A DNA stretch of 37,337 bases from Octopus bimaculoides (lineage: Eukaryota): assembly GCF_001194135.2 (NCBI RefSeq), contig NC_068984.1:40733247-40770583 (forward strand), given 5' to 3'. The notes below the pieces were generated by a model. It was given only the letters and a program-made list of their open reading frames with translations. It made no database searches and was not told the origin of the DNA. The translations under genes were made by a program, and so were the position numbers. Below are positions 1-10,773 of the stretch, in pieces. The number at the start of each line of letters is the position of its first letter. Position 1 is the first letter of the stretch.

Positions 1-322
1 GATAAATTTCTTAACGTCTTCTTCACGTGGTATTGATGTTCACATGGTCAAAATTGACGTGAGTTATTTAGACATTAACAAATTTATTAGAATATTTAGC
101 TGAAGATCAGAATAGAGTATTATGTACTCTTAACTGTGAAACAATTGTACTAAATTAACTAAAAGGCAAGTGTTTTTTACTCTTCTCTATTGTTTTTTGT
201 TCTGTGTGTATCAAAAATATCGCTATCAATCTGGAGTAATAATTTGTAGTTTTGAAATCAGTAGTTCTTTGACTGCTATTTCTGAATTCTCAGTATGTTG
301 GAGAAGCAGGTTACTGTCAATC

Positions 323-332
323 CCTATATATT

Positions 333-363
<31 letters not shown>

Positions 364-406
364 CATATATACATATATACATACATGTGTGTGTGTGTGT
401 GTGCAA

Positions 407-443
<37 letters not shown>

Positions 444-446
444 TAT
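323..446. repeat. Compound (TA)n/(GT)n/(AG)n microsatellite
   Basis: Directly visible; explains ORF 295..525. Confidence 0.95.
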
Positions 447-912
447 ATATGGATCAAAACAGTTTGATTCAAATTCGTTGGTACTCTTGAGTTTCAAGTG
501 TGATGCTAGTCGTCGGCTATTTTGAATTTGAATGACAAAAGTTGATTGTTATTACCGTAAGGTGGGCTGCGATTGGTTGAAGAAGGTCATGCCCGTGCGT
601 GAGTATACACGCGTAAACAAGCGTTGGGAATTGGTAAGCGTTGAGGCTTGATATGCGCTTGGGCTGGGTAAACATTGGGATTGGTAATTGGCGGTACTGC
701 GCATGGGGTTTGTTGGTAGCTGTGATCTTGGTGCAGGCGGTGCAGAGTAGCAGCTGGTGCTAAGGTGGTATATCCAGGATGTCGGCTGTCAGAGGCCTAA
801 AATTTGCCAGAAGTGTATACCTCTGGTGACAGCAATACGATAAATCGTATTTCTTCTTGATTGATACTGCAGGTTGGAGGATATGCAGTTTTTCGCGGAG
901 GCAGAGCTGGCA
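446..912 (-). mobile_element. Penelope-like element 3' end (GIY-YIG C-terminal tail, 3' UTR and decayed hammerhead)
   Basis: Minus-strand 912-760 translates CQLCLREKLHILQPAVSIKKKYDLSYCCHQRYTLLANFRPLTADILDIPP*, resembling the PLE GIY-YIG tail pattern CxLCLxEKLxI...CxH...LxNF. A hammerhead-like relic lies at 467-533. Both sides are flanked by (TA)n. Confidence 0.7.
467..533 (-). ncRNA. Degenerate type I hammerhead ribozyme relic
   Basis: Minus strand: ATTCAAATTC aaaatag CCGACGA ctagcatcacactt GAAACTC AA GAGT A ccaac GAATTTGAAT. The 10-bp distal stem I and stem III with GUA triplet are intact. Core U4 is C and stem II is decayed. Confidence 0.45.
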
Positions 913-955
<43 letters not shown>

Positions 956-1195
956 TNNNNNNNNNNNNNNNNNNNNNNNNNNNNNNNNNNNNNNNNNNNN
1001 NNNNNNNNNNNNNNNNNNNNNNNNNNNNNNNNNNNNNNNNNNNNNNNNNNNNNNNNNNNNNNNNNNNNNNNNNNNNNNNNNNNNNNNNNNNNNNNNNNNN
1101 NNNNNNNNNNNNNNNNNNNNNNNNNNNNNNNNNNNNNNNNNNNNNNNNNNNNNNNNNNNNNNNNNNNNNNNNNNNNNNNNNNNNNNNNNNNNNNN

Positions 1196-1675
1196 ATTTT
1201 TATAGCGTGCTTTCACTTCACTACCGAGCACAGCTCTGTGTGCCTTGGGTATGTGCTGTGGTTTGCTGTGATGCTCTTATGGTTACTGTATTGAAAGTGT
1301 TTTGTGTAGGATGTGTGCTGTGCCCAGTAGTGCAATTTTCTGTATGTTATATATACTTGTAAGACCTGGTGTTTTTGTTATGTATTTGTCTGAATATTTT
1401 TTTATCATACCTAATGCGCCTACTATGATAGGAATTGTTTCTGTTTTTAGATTCCACATTCGAGTTACCTCTATTTCCAGGTCTTTGTATTTTGAAAGTT
1501 TCTCCATTTCTTTTAGAGAAACGTTGTCATCTGCTGGTATTGATACATCAGCTAGAAAGCATTTTTTTTCTTCATGATCTCTGACAACTATATCTGTCCT
1601 ATTGGCCTTAATTTCTCTATCTGTGGGTATTGGCATATCCCAGAGTATGGTTGCTTTCTCGTTTTCTGTGACCTC
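1196..1675 (-). mobile_element. 5'-truncated R4/Dong-like non-LTR retrotransposon: RLE endonuclease C-terminus and 3' UTR
   Basis: ORF 1283..1636, extendable upstream (EVTENEKATILWDMPIPTDREIKANRTDIVVRDHEEKKCFLADVSIPADDNVSLKEMEKLSKYKDLEIEVTRMWNLKTETIPIIVGALG), has the ILWD / RPDIV / DVxIP / KExEKxxKY / IGALG motifs of restriction-like endonuclease LINEs. It abuts (TTC)n and (ATT)n tracts. Confidence 0.85.
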
Positions 1676-1754
1676 TTCTTCTTCTTCTTCTTCTTCTTCT
1701 TCTTCTTCTTCTTCTTCTTCTTCTTCTTCTTCTTCTTCTTCTTCNNNNNNNNNN

Positions 1755-1849
<95 letters not shown>
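1676..1849. repeat. (TTC)n followed by (ATT)n microsatellites, with a 10-N gap
   Basis: Directly visible. Confidence 0.95.
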
Positions 1850-1850
<1 letters not shown>

Positions 1851-2322
1851 CCTTTCTTCTTCACCTCTCCTTTTTGCAAGTGTGGAAGTTTCAGGAATAT
1901 TTTCTTCGTATTTTTGATCAAGCGGACGTATTACATTTCCAGATAACCGGTAAAGAATTAATAAGAATCGCTCCATTGAGAAGAGGCAGTAATATATTGA
2001 TAACTATCTGAAATAGAATATTTAAGAAACTACATCAGCTAAGCAACAGAGCAGAGAAAATGATCAGTTAACTATTTTGGTAGCTCCGGAAATATTAGTA
2101 GGTTAGGAAATGCGGTTAGGAAACGATAAGTAATTTAGGAAATGTTGGTGAGTTACTGAATATTGGAAGAATAGGAAGTTTTAATATCTTAGGAAGCGTT
2201 GGCAAGCTATAAAAGAAAACATTCCTTTGTGCCACAATTTGTTTACATTGATTCAATTTCATATTTCCTTAAATGTTATTACACATTATAATCTCCATTT
2301 TGAAGAAGAAAACAGCAGCAGG

Positions 2323-2387
2323 TGCCCTAACGAGGATCGAACTGCATATTATTGCTTATAAGAGAGCTGTTTGACACTACCGAGCGC
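2323..2387 (-). pseudogene. Degenerate tRNA-like relic (possible Ile-TAT) or SINE head
   Basis: Minus strand has CTTATAA (anticodon-loop-like), a B-box GTTCGATCC and a partial acceptor pairing. The D-arm is missing. Confidence 0.3.
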
Positions 2388-2593
2388 CTTCTTAACCACT
2401 GTTACAAATTTTGTTTACTGCTATTCTAACTACACTATTTTATCTCTACAGAATAATTTGTCAGCCATGTACTGCTTCCAGGATGATTTATTCTACCGTT
2501 GTCCAACATAATGAGATGACCGACCTCGGTTCGGTATTTGTGATGGAAAATAACTCCATGAGTAAGATTATAAATTGTGGGCGTATGTTTCAT

Positions 2594-2753
2594 AGGCGCG
2601 GGCCTGGCTGTGTGATAAGAAGCTTGCTTCCCAACCACATGGTTCCGGGTTCAGTCCCACTGCCTGGCACCTTGGTCAAGTGTCTTTTACTAAAGTCTCG
2701 GGCCTACCAAAGCCTTGAGTAGATTTAGTACATGGAAACTGAAAGAAGCCCAT

Positions 2754-2788
<35 letters not shown>

Positions 2789-3006
2789 ATTTATATGTGT
2801 ATTTGTGTTTGTCCCTCTATCCACCATCGCTTGACAACCGATGTTGGTATGTTTATGTGCCCGTAACTTAGCGGTTCAGCAAAAGAGACCGATGGAATAA
2901 ATATTAGGCTTACAAAGAATAAATCCTGGGGTCGATTTATTCGACTAAAATCCTTTCAGGAGGATGCTCCATCATGGCTACAGTCAAATGATTGAAACAA
3001 GTAAAA
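2594..3006 (+). mobile_element. tRNA-derived SINE, family A (copy 1)
   Basis: A-box-like TGGCTGTGTGATAAG, B-box-like GGTTCAGTCC, internal (TA)/(GT) tract and tail ...GAAACAAGTAAAAG. It aligns by eye with 6471-6873 and 11923-12270. Confidence 0.9.
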
Positions 3007-3725
3007 GTATTCTTTTATCGCCTTAATACAATCACTCGATTTGCTGGAAATAACAGTAAAATTTTCTATACATTATATCTTACTCTCTTAGAAACAGAAA
3101 ATGAAAATATTAGATAATGTAATCCTGAATTCACTATAATTTGGAAAAATATGAGATGTTCACCGAAAAACTGATCAGGCCACTATGCGCTCATGGTGTA
3201 CATTAGCTGCATCAACTCCACTACTTAACTAGTTTATATTCTATTCAAACTGCATAGAGGAGAAAGTCGGCCTTGGTGGAATTTGAACTCAAAGCGTGAA
3301 GGATCGTTACTAAAATATGAAAGGTATTTTGTCCTACGCTGAAACAAGTTTGGCAATCCTTTTCTTCATTCGGTTGAATTCCATATCCAAGATATAGGAA
3401 CACTAAAGTTGTTTTCAAAGTAGTTAAACTCAAAGCATTTAGAGTTTGAACCCTAAATTATATTTCCAAACTGTGTTCTGTTTATTACAATTCTTTAACT
3501 TATTTTGTTAGAAATTGATCAGGTTACAACTTTGATAATTCAAATACGTTACATTTCTATTGAAGTAATTCAGTTTAAAATTGCAGTGTATTGTAATACA
3601 GATTTGCTTTGTTAAAAATAAAAAAAACTGAATGAAAATTTTGCAATTCCAGACGATTGTTTCAATTTTGTTTCACCAAAGAAACTAAAAAAAGAAATAC
3701 TTTTTCTTTTCTTTCTTATTTTGTT

Positions 3726-3900
3726 TTCCGTTTCCTGTGACCATTTTTTCGAATCAAATACCAATTATTTATCTTAAACAGTAACTTCATAAGTTTCATC
3801 AGACTACACTTTCATTTTTTTGTTATCTGCCTTCCGTTTCCTGTTGGGAATTCTACAAATCAAATACCAATGATTTATCTCAACTTACATGCAGACTTCT
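3726..3900 (+). repeat. Diverged direct duplication with 106-bp offset
   Basis: TTCCGTTTCCTGT at 3726 and 3832; AATCAAATACCAAT(T/G)ATTTATCT at 3752 and 3858. Confidence 0.7.
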
Positions 3901-5022
3901 AGCTTATAGTTTTCTGCAGACGTAATTGAAGGCAGAATATAAATTGAAAAATAAAACCTCTCACTTTGTCATTCATTTTTGAGGTGGGCAACTTAATTTT
4001 TAATTAATCAAGGAATCAAGCAAAAGAAGAAATCAAGTTGAAAGTTAGATGTATAGATTTAAGAAACTGAAGCTACTGTGATAAATGTAAAATGTAAATT
4101 ATTATCGTGGTTTTCTTGCCAACAAGTTAACGAAACGTATGTTGGAACAAGCTAGAACAAAATTCTTTTTAAAAGATAGTGACATGTGAAAATGTCAGAA
4201 TTAAGATCGATAGAGGACTGTTACAATGTAGAAGACAAAAGATGTATTGTTGATAAACTAGTTATGACAAAACACTTGACCAATGATGGATAGATTACAG
4301 CTGTGTGAACGGAGCATTGTTTGAAGAGAACAAACATCGACACCGTAGGTGACCTTGTGTGTTGCGTGTTCATTGCACAGCTGGTTCTAGCCGGAAATAT
4401 GCTCACTGCTACGGTTGGCTACTGTTCTCTCATTTATCTTCGCTAATGTTCTTCATATGCCTACATTTCCTTTACATTGGCATTCCACTGACATCAACAG
4501 GAAAAGACTCGTGTGTCGCGTAATATAATAGTTTTTTGTGCACCACCTTCTATTGTGATGTTGGGTAAAGCTGAAACGTTTCCACTGACTCAGCAGAAGA
4601 CATGCCATTAGTATTGAATGTTAGTCGTTAGCTATTTAGTCATCAGTTCATATGATTGTGACTGTTCGGTGGGATATTGTTGGGAAGTAATACTTCGAAT
4701 CCTGCAAATCTTAACAATGACATATAGTTTTTACAAACAATGATCATTTACAATTTTGATATACTGTAAAATAATTTGCTGCGAGCGCAACTTTCAGAAG
4801 TGTTATTACCGAATATGAACTATTCTTGTTAATATAACCTCATACTAATCTCATGTACATTTAGAACCAGGCTTTATACTATCCTAAGTTATAAGATATT
4901 AAAGTATTATTTTTCTTTTAGTCACTCGTTAAAAATTAAATGTTGTATGAATCCCCAAGCTTTAACCATGCTACTCTGTACCTCAGTATATAAACCAATG
5001 AAATTTAAAAGCAGTCCAGAGT

Positions 5023-5074
5023 ACCTCAACGGTCCACCTCAATGGTCCATCTCAACGGTCCACCTCAACGGTCC
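5023..5074 (+). repeat. 13-bp minisatellite (ACCTCAACGGTCC) x4
   Basis: Units start at 5023, 5036, 5049 and 5062; two carry single substitutions. Confidence 0.95.
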
Positions 5075-5189
5075 AACACCTCAGTAACTTACAGAACATT
5101 ACAAATAGCACATTGGCTCGATTTTGTGGCGGCATTTACTGCATTATTTACATTTTAAGTTACTTCATGCTCATAGCTTCATCAATGAA

Positions 5190-5518
5190 GGCGCCTGGCT
5201 TAGTGGTTAGAGTATTCGGCTCACGATCGTAAGGTCATGAGTTCGATTTCCGGCGGCTTGCGTTGTATTCTTGAGCAAGACACTTTATTTCTCGTTGCTT
5301 CTGTCCACTCAACTGGCTAAAATGAGTTGTACCTGTATTTCAAAAGAGGGCCAATCTTGTCACATTTTGTGTTGCACTGAATCTCCCTGAGAGAGCTACG
5401 TTAAGTGTATGCGTGTCTGTAGTGTGGTCAGCCATTTGCACGTTAATTTGAAGAGTAAGCTATTCCATTGATCGGATCACCTGGAAACCTCGTCGTCGTA
5501 AGCGTCGGAGTGTCAGTT
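5190..5518 (+). mobile_element. tRNA-derived SINE, family B (copy 1)
   Basis: Head GGCGCCTGGCTTAGTGGTTAG...GAGTTCGATTTCCGG with A/B boxes and central TTGAGCAAGACACTT motif. It aligns with 21727-22025. Confidence 0.9.
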
Positions 5519-5893
5519 TGTATAATTGTCAATTTTATGCAAACTTACGCCGGATTCTAAATTTTCTTATTTCACTTCTTGCATTTTCTACTCGTAAAAC
5601 CTATCAAAATCTTTTTAGCACACAATTAACTGAAATAACCTTCGCTATATGTTTAAACTCTTCAATTGTTTTCCTCCTCTAAAGGATTGTTGTAATCGCA
5701 TACTGTCCCTAAGACGATATTTCCCTGATTTTTTTTTTTTTAGACTAAATTTTGCGATACCTTAATTAACAGCAAGAGCCACCGTCTTTCACTAGTTACT
5801 CTGAAAATACCATTATCGCATTTGTAAAATAAGGCCACTAATTATCTCCTGTACTCTCACCAATTAATTATATGTAACACTTGAAATTTTGAG

Positions 5894-5953
5894 CGAAGTT
5901 AGAGTTGAAGCTCTCAACATCACAAGATGCTGAGTGCTTCAATTCTAACTTCG
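5894..5953. ncRNA. Long hairpin (candidate pre-miRNA or dsRNA editing substrate)
   Basis: 28-position stem with one A-C and one T-T mismatch, one G-T wobble and a 4-nt loop ACAA (5922-5925). Expression is unknown. Confidence 0.35.
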
Positions 5954-6470
5954 TCCAAGAAAGCTTCATATGCCATAATTTAAAGCTGGAGTTGATTATT
6001 TAAATATTCACATAACCCCCCCCCCTCGGGCATAAAAGAAATATATCAGCGAAGCCATAATTGAACAATAACATTGTTTGATTTTTACTTTTAACTCGCC
6101 GATTTCCATTCCGCCTCTAGGATTTTCACTCTTAAATCTATTTGCTGCTGGCTCGTGCCTCCACTTTTCATTTGACTGTGAATTTCATAAGATCTTTGAG
6201 GCTTCACTTATTGTATGAGGAGTTTACCTATATCTTAAAATGTTTTTGATATTTTAAAAATTACTCACTTTCTTTCTAAAGTATGACAAAAGATTTTAAG
6301 AAGGCATAAGTAAGAGATGTAACTCAATCTCAACCAGAGTATAACTTATGAGGATTGAGTAAAACGTTATAACTCAAATGCAAACGGAAACTACGCTTCA
6401 AACAAGACTTTTCGAGGGCTGTAGCTCAGATATATGTAACTACACTAGTATTCGAATTCTTCTTTCAGAA

Positions 6471-6873
6471 GGAGTGGCTGTGTGGTAAGTAGCTTGCTTA
6501 CCAACCACATGGTTCCGGGTTCAGTCCCACTGCGTTTCACCTTGGGCGAGTGTCTTCTACTACAGCCTCGGGCCGACCAAAGCCTTGTAAGTGGATTTGG
6601 TAGACGGAAACTGAAAGAAGCCCGTCGTATATATATATATATATATGTATATGTGTATGTGTGTGTATATGTTTGTGTGTCTGTGTTTGTCCCCCCAGCA
6701 TCACTTGACAATCGATGCTGGTGTGTTTACGTCCCCGTAACTTAGCGGTTCGGCAAAAGAAACCGATAGAATAAGTACTAGACTTACAAAGAATAAGTCC
6801 TGGGATCGATTTGCTCGACTAAAGGCGGTGCTCCAGCATGGCCGCAGTCAAATGACTGAAACAAGTAAAAGAG
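6471..6873 (+). mobile_element. tRNA-derived SINE, family A (copy 2, best preserved)
   Basis: GGAGTGGCTGTGTGGTAAG...GGTTCAGTCCCACTGCG...GAAACAAGTAAAAGAG; collinear with copy 1. Confidence 0.92.
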
Positions 6874-8374
6874 AGAGTAAAAGAAAGTAATAGCCAAACT
6901 TCTTTAAACGACTAATTTGAAACATCACCGCTATTAATACTTGTATAAAAGGACTATATTTCTGCATGACCGAAATACCTCTAACAACAAGGTACTTCAA
7001 AGACTTCTCGTCAATAGGGAGGAAAAACAATAGGATCAGTAGAATCTATATTTAATCACAAAGGAACGAACGTATGCCCGGAAAACTGCTAATGTACTAC
7101 TGTTATTGTTTGTTTAACAAGTTATTTGGAACAGATGGTGAAGGATAACTGGTGTTTACTGCTATTACGACTGCTGCTTAATCCTCTAATCTTTCACTAG
7201 TCACTTAACTTTTCCATGTCAAGGTTTCAGCATTCAACAGAAGCAATTTCACCTCGTTATATTTCTAAATGTCACAACTCCTTTCAGCGTCAAAACTACG
7301 TCAGAAATACGAAATACTGTGTCCCCACAAGTCATTAATACGTCAGAAGACAATATTTTGATTTTATTTTACTCCAGGCTCATATATCTACAAGCTGAAC
7401 TCACTGCTATAGCAGGTTTAGTACATAATCCCAATCAACAGGACGGGTTACATATTAGTTCCATTAAAACATTTAGTCAAATAAATCTCTTAATTAGTAG
7501 TTAAGAGATTTACTTCACTTGATATTTAATAGCCATCTATCTTCCAAACTATTTATTGTTTCTGTTATATAACTCATCGCTAAAATTGTCTCTTTGTATA
7601 CTTTTAATCAAATTACACTAAATATTAATTATCAATCCACATTAACTTTAAATTTTAGTATAGTCTAAACTGAAGTTTTTCATTATATATTCATGTAGTG
7701 AATCAAAGATTACGCTGAAGTATATTCCTATTTCCTTCCAGCAATTTGTCAATTTGACTGTGCTGCTGTTTATACTTGAGAGAAATTACATAGTGACGCT
7801 ATTCGAAAGAATGAGAACAATCAACTTAGAGCCATCTTATTTTATATAGAATAAAAAAATTAATAGTACTTATTCTTAATCGGATCTGGTCTTGGCAGTT
7901 ATGGGAAACAACTCCTGGCATGTTTCACTGTTAGAGTAATTTCTTTTAGTCATAATGTTTTATTTCAACCTATATACATTAGTATAGAGAGTGTTATACA
8001 TAGCTAAAATGGTCTAAGACCAAAACATATCCAGAGTTATCACCTACATTTGCCATGATTAGGATAAAATATTAATAGTAACTGAGCTAATGTTTTTTTC
8101 TCCTCATTACGTACGAATAAATTATTTATTAGATGATGGTATTAATTTGGCGGCTACTTAGAGCAATAAGTTCTATCAGCTCTGTTGTAGTTAAAAAAAT
8201 TAAATGGACTGGGTTATTTAAAAGCTAAGTCTCTTAGACACTAACAGAACGTAATGCCGATGACATAGCATGAACTCCCGCACGCGTAGCTGATAAATCG
8301 TTACTCTATCTATTCATACATCCTCCTCTCTCTCTCCCTCTTTCTACTTTCTCTTTCCTTCTTCTGTCTGTTTT

Positions 8375-8377
8375 TAG

Positions 8378-8463
<86 letters not shown>

Positions 8464-8475
8464 TATGCATATATA
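8375..8475. repeat. (CT)n(TA)n microsatellite
   Basis: Directly visible. Confidence 0.95.
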
Positions 8476-9030
8476 GGTACAGGACGTCACAAAACGTAAA
8501 CTGCCATGAAATACGAAGACAAACTTGGGTATGCAAACAACGAGAGAAACAAATGGAAAACAACGCAAGTAACATAAAGAACGACCATTCATCAGCTGTC
8601 GGCTGTCCATCTATTCCTCATTTCGAGCAATTAACGAGAATATGAGGCTTCGAAAGGCAGTTGGTTCCGCGAACCAAAATAAAATTTGGGATTTGCGGAG
8701 GGTAACAAAAACAGGACAGTGGAGGCATACAACAAACCAAACGAAAACAAACATGGAGGGCCGTTAGGCTAGACGAGGTAAGGTAGCGAACGCTGGAGAA
8801 ATATTGTCTTTGAGAAGAAAAAAGAAAGGAGACAGATAAGAATGAATCTGGTCTACAAGACCGGCTGAAAGAAAAGAAAGATGATCACGTGAGGAAAAGA
8901 AAGATGGACGATGATCACGTGTGAGCAACGTGAGAGAGTAAAAGAGAAAAAGAGAGAGAGAAAACGAAATGGGGAGAGAAAAGAGAACAGTACAGGGTAG
9001 AGTCGCATCAAAATTATTAAGATAAACTTA
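8476..9030 (-). mobile_element. Non-coding interspersed repeat, probably PLE-terminal-repeat derived
   Basis: Shares GCGGAGGGT..AACAGGACAGTG..AAACAAAC..GGGC(C/T)GTTAGGC with 17358-17440 and 11613-11700. It shares the minus-strand CTGATGAA..TTCT motif and GTCCTGTACC end with 30672-30742. It sits between (TA)n tracts. The class assignment is inferred. Confidence 0.5.
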
Positions 9031-10068
9031 TTTGAAAATGGATGTGTAGCGTTCAATCATATAGTAATATAAATAAAATATATATATATATATTTGCATA
9101 TATACATACATATNNNNNNNNNNNNNNNNNNNNNNNNNNNNNNNNNNNNNNNNNNNNNNNNNNNNNNNNNNNNNNNNNNNNNNNNNNNNNNNNNNNNNNN
9201 NNNNNNNNNNNNNNNNNNNNNNNNNNNNNNNNNNNNNNNNNNNNNNNNNNNNNNNNNNNNNNNNNNNNNNNNNNNNNNNNNNNNNNNNNNNNNNNNNNNN
9301 NNNNNNNNNNNNNNNNNNNNNNNNNNNNNNNNNNNNNNNNNNNNNNNNNNNNNNNNNNNNNNNNNNNNNNNNNNNNNNNNNNNNNNNNNNNNNNNNNNNN
9401 NNNNNNNNNNNNNNNNNNNNNNNNNNNNNNNNNNNNNNNNNNNNNNNNNNNNNNNNNNNNNNNNNNNNNNNNNNNNNNNNNNNNNNNNNNNNNNNNNNNN
9501 NNNNNNNNNNNNNNNNNNNNNNNNNNNNNNNNNNNNNNNNNNNNNNNNNNNNNNNNNNNNNNNNNNNNNNNNNNNNNNNNNNNNNNNNNNNNNNNNNNNN
9601 NNNNNNNNNNNNNNNNNNNNNNNNNNNNNNNNNNNNNNNNNNNNNNNNNNNNNNNNNNNNNNNNNNNNNNNNNNNNNNNNNNNNNNNNNNNNNNNNNNNN
9701 NNNNNNNNNNNNNNNNNNNNNNNNNNNNNNNNNNNNNNNNNNNNNNNNNNNNNNNNNNNNNNNNNNNNNNNNNNNNNNNNNNNNNNNNNNNNNNNNNNNN
9801 NNNNNNNNNNNNNNNNNNNNNNNNNNNNNNNNNNNNNNNNNNNNNNNNNNNNNNNNNNNNNNNNNNNNNNNNNNNNNNNNNNNNNNNNNNNNNNNNNNNN
9901 NNNNNNNNNNNNNNNNNNNNNNNNNNNNNNNNNNNNNNNNNNNNNNNNNNNNNNNNNNNNNNNNNNNNNNNNNNNNNNNNNNNNNNNNNNNNNNNNNNNN
10001 NNNNNNNNNNNNNNNNNNNNNNNNNNNNNNNNNNNNNNNNNNNNNNNNNNNNNNNNNNNNNNNNNNNN

Positions 10069-10131
<63 letters not shown>

Positions 10132-10300
10132 GTACACGCATACATAAACACAGGCACACGCATACACACATGCATACATAATCGTACACATTTACACACA
10201 CATATATATATATATATACATACATATAAATGCTTATATACATATATATGTATATATATAAACACACATGCGTGCGCACATACGAGCGTGCACACATACA
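10069..10300. repeat. (TA)n/(TG)n/(CA)n low-complexity tract next to a gap
   Basis: Directly visible. Confidence 0.9.
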
Positions 10301-10695
10301 CACACATAGTATTAGAAATTCGGGACAACCAGAGATAAATATGATATATATAATTGTATATAATCGAGCTAGCTTTAAATAAATACGAAAGGAAAGTATA
10401 CCTCATCTCTGAACAGGTACGAACATTATCTATAAACACAAGAAATCAAAACATTCCTTCCTGTGTCGCACAAAATATCTAAGCTCTATCACTTAACAAA
10501 CTACAGCTGAGTCTTCTTGATGACCTCAAGAAACGCTGCAGAATCCTTGTATTTACCATCCTTTAGACTTCAAATAGAAATACTCCGACTAATACACTAA
10601 TAATCATCTACCTGTGATTTTTAACAAACACATCCGAACATATGAAAATTAACGTTTCCTTAACTTCCTATACACACTAAAAACACTATATGTGT

Positions 10696-10773
<78 letters not shown>

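Noticed and set aside
4100-4740. Possible decayed retroelement coding sequence
   Set aside because: I could not recover any recognisable peptide motif by eye.
5190-5265. SINE B head as a genuine tRNA gene
   Set aside because: It has no complete acceptor stem and continues into a SINE body shared with 21727-22025.
6395-6435. Minus-strand CTGAG-CTACAGCC-CTC-GAAAAGTC, hammerhead-like
   Set aside because: The core is incomplete and there is no stem I pairing.
7378-7415. Possible 38-nt micro-exon (TTTTACTCCAG|...GCAG|GTTTAG; LIYLQAELTAIA)
   Set aside because: The donor is weak, the peptide is unrecognisable and no partner exons are visible. Such sites occur by chance in AT-rich DNA.
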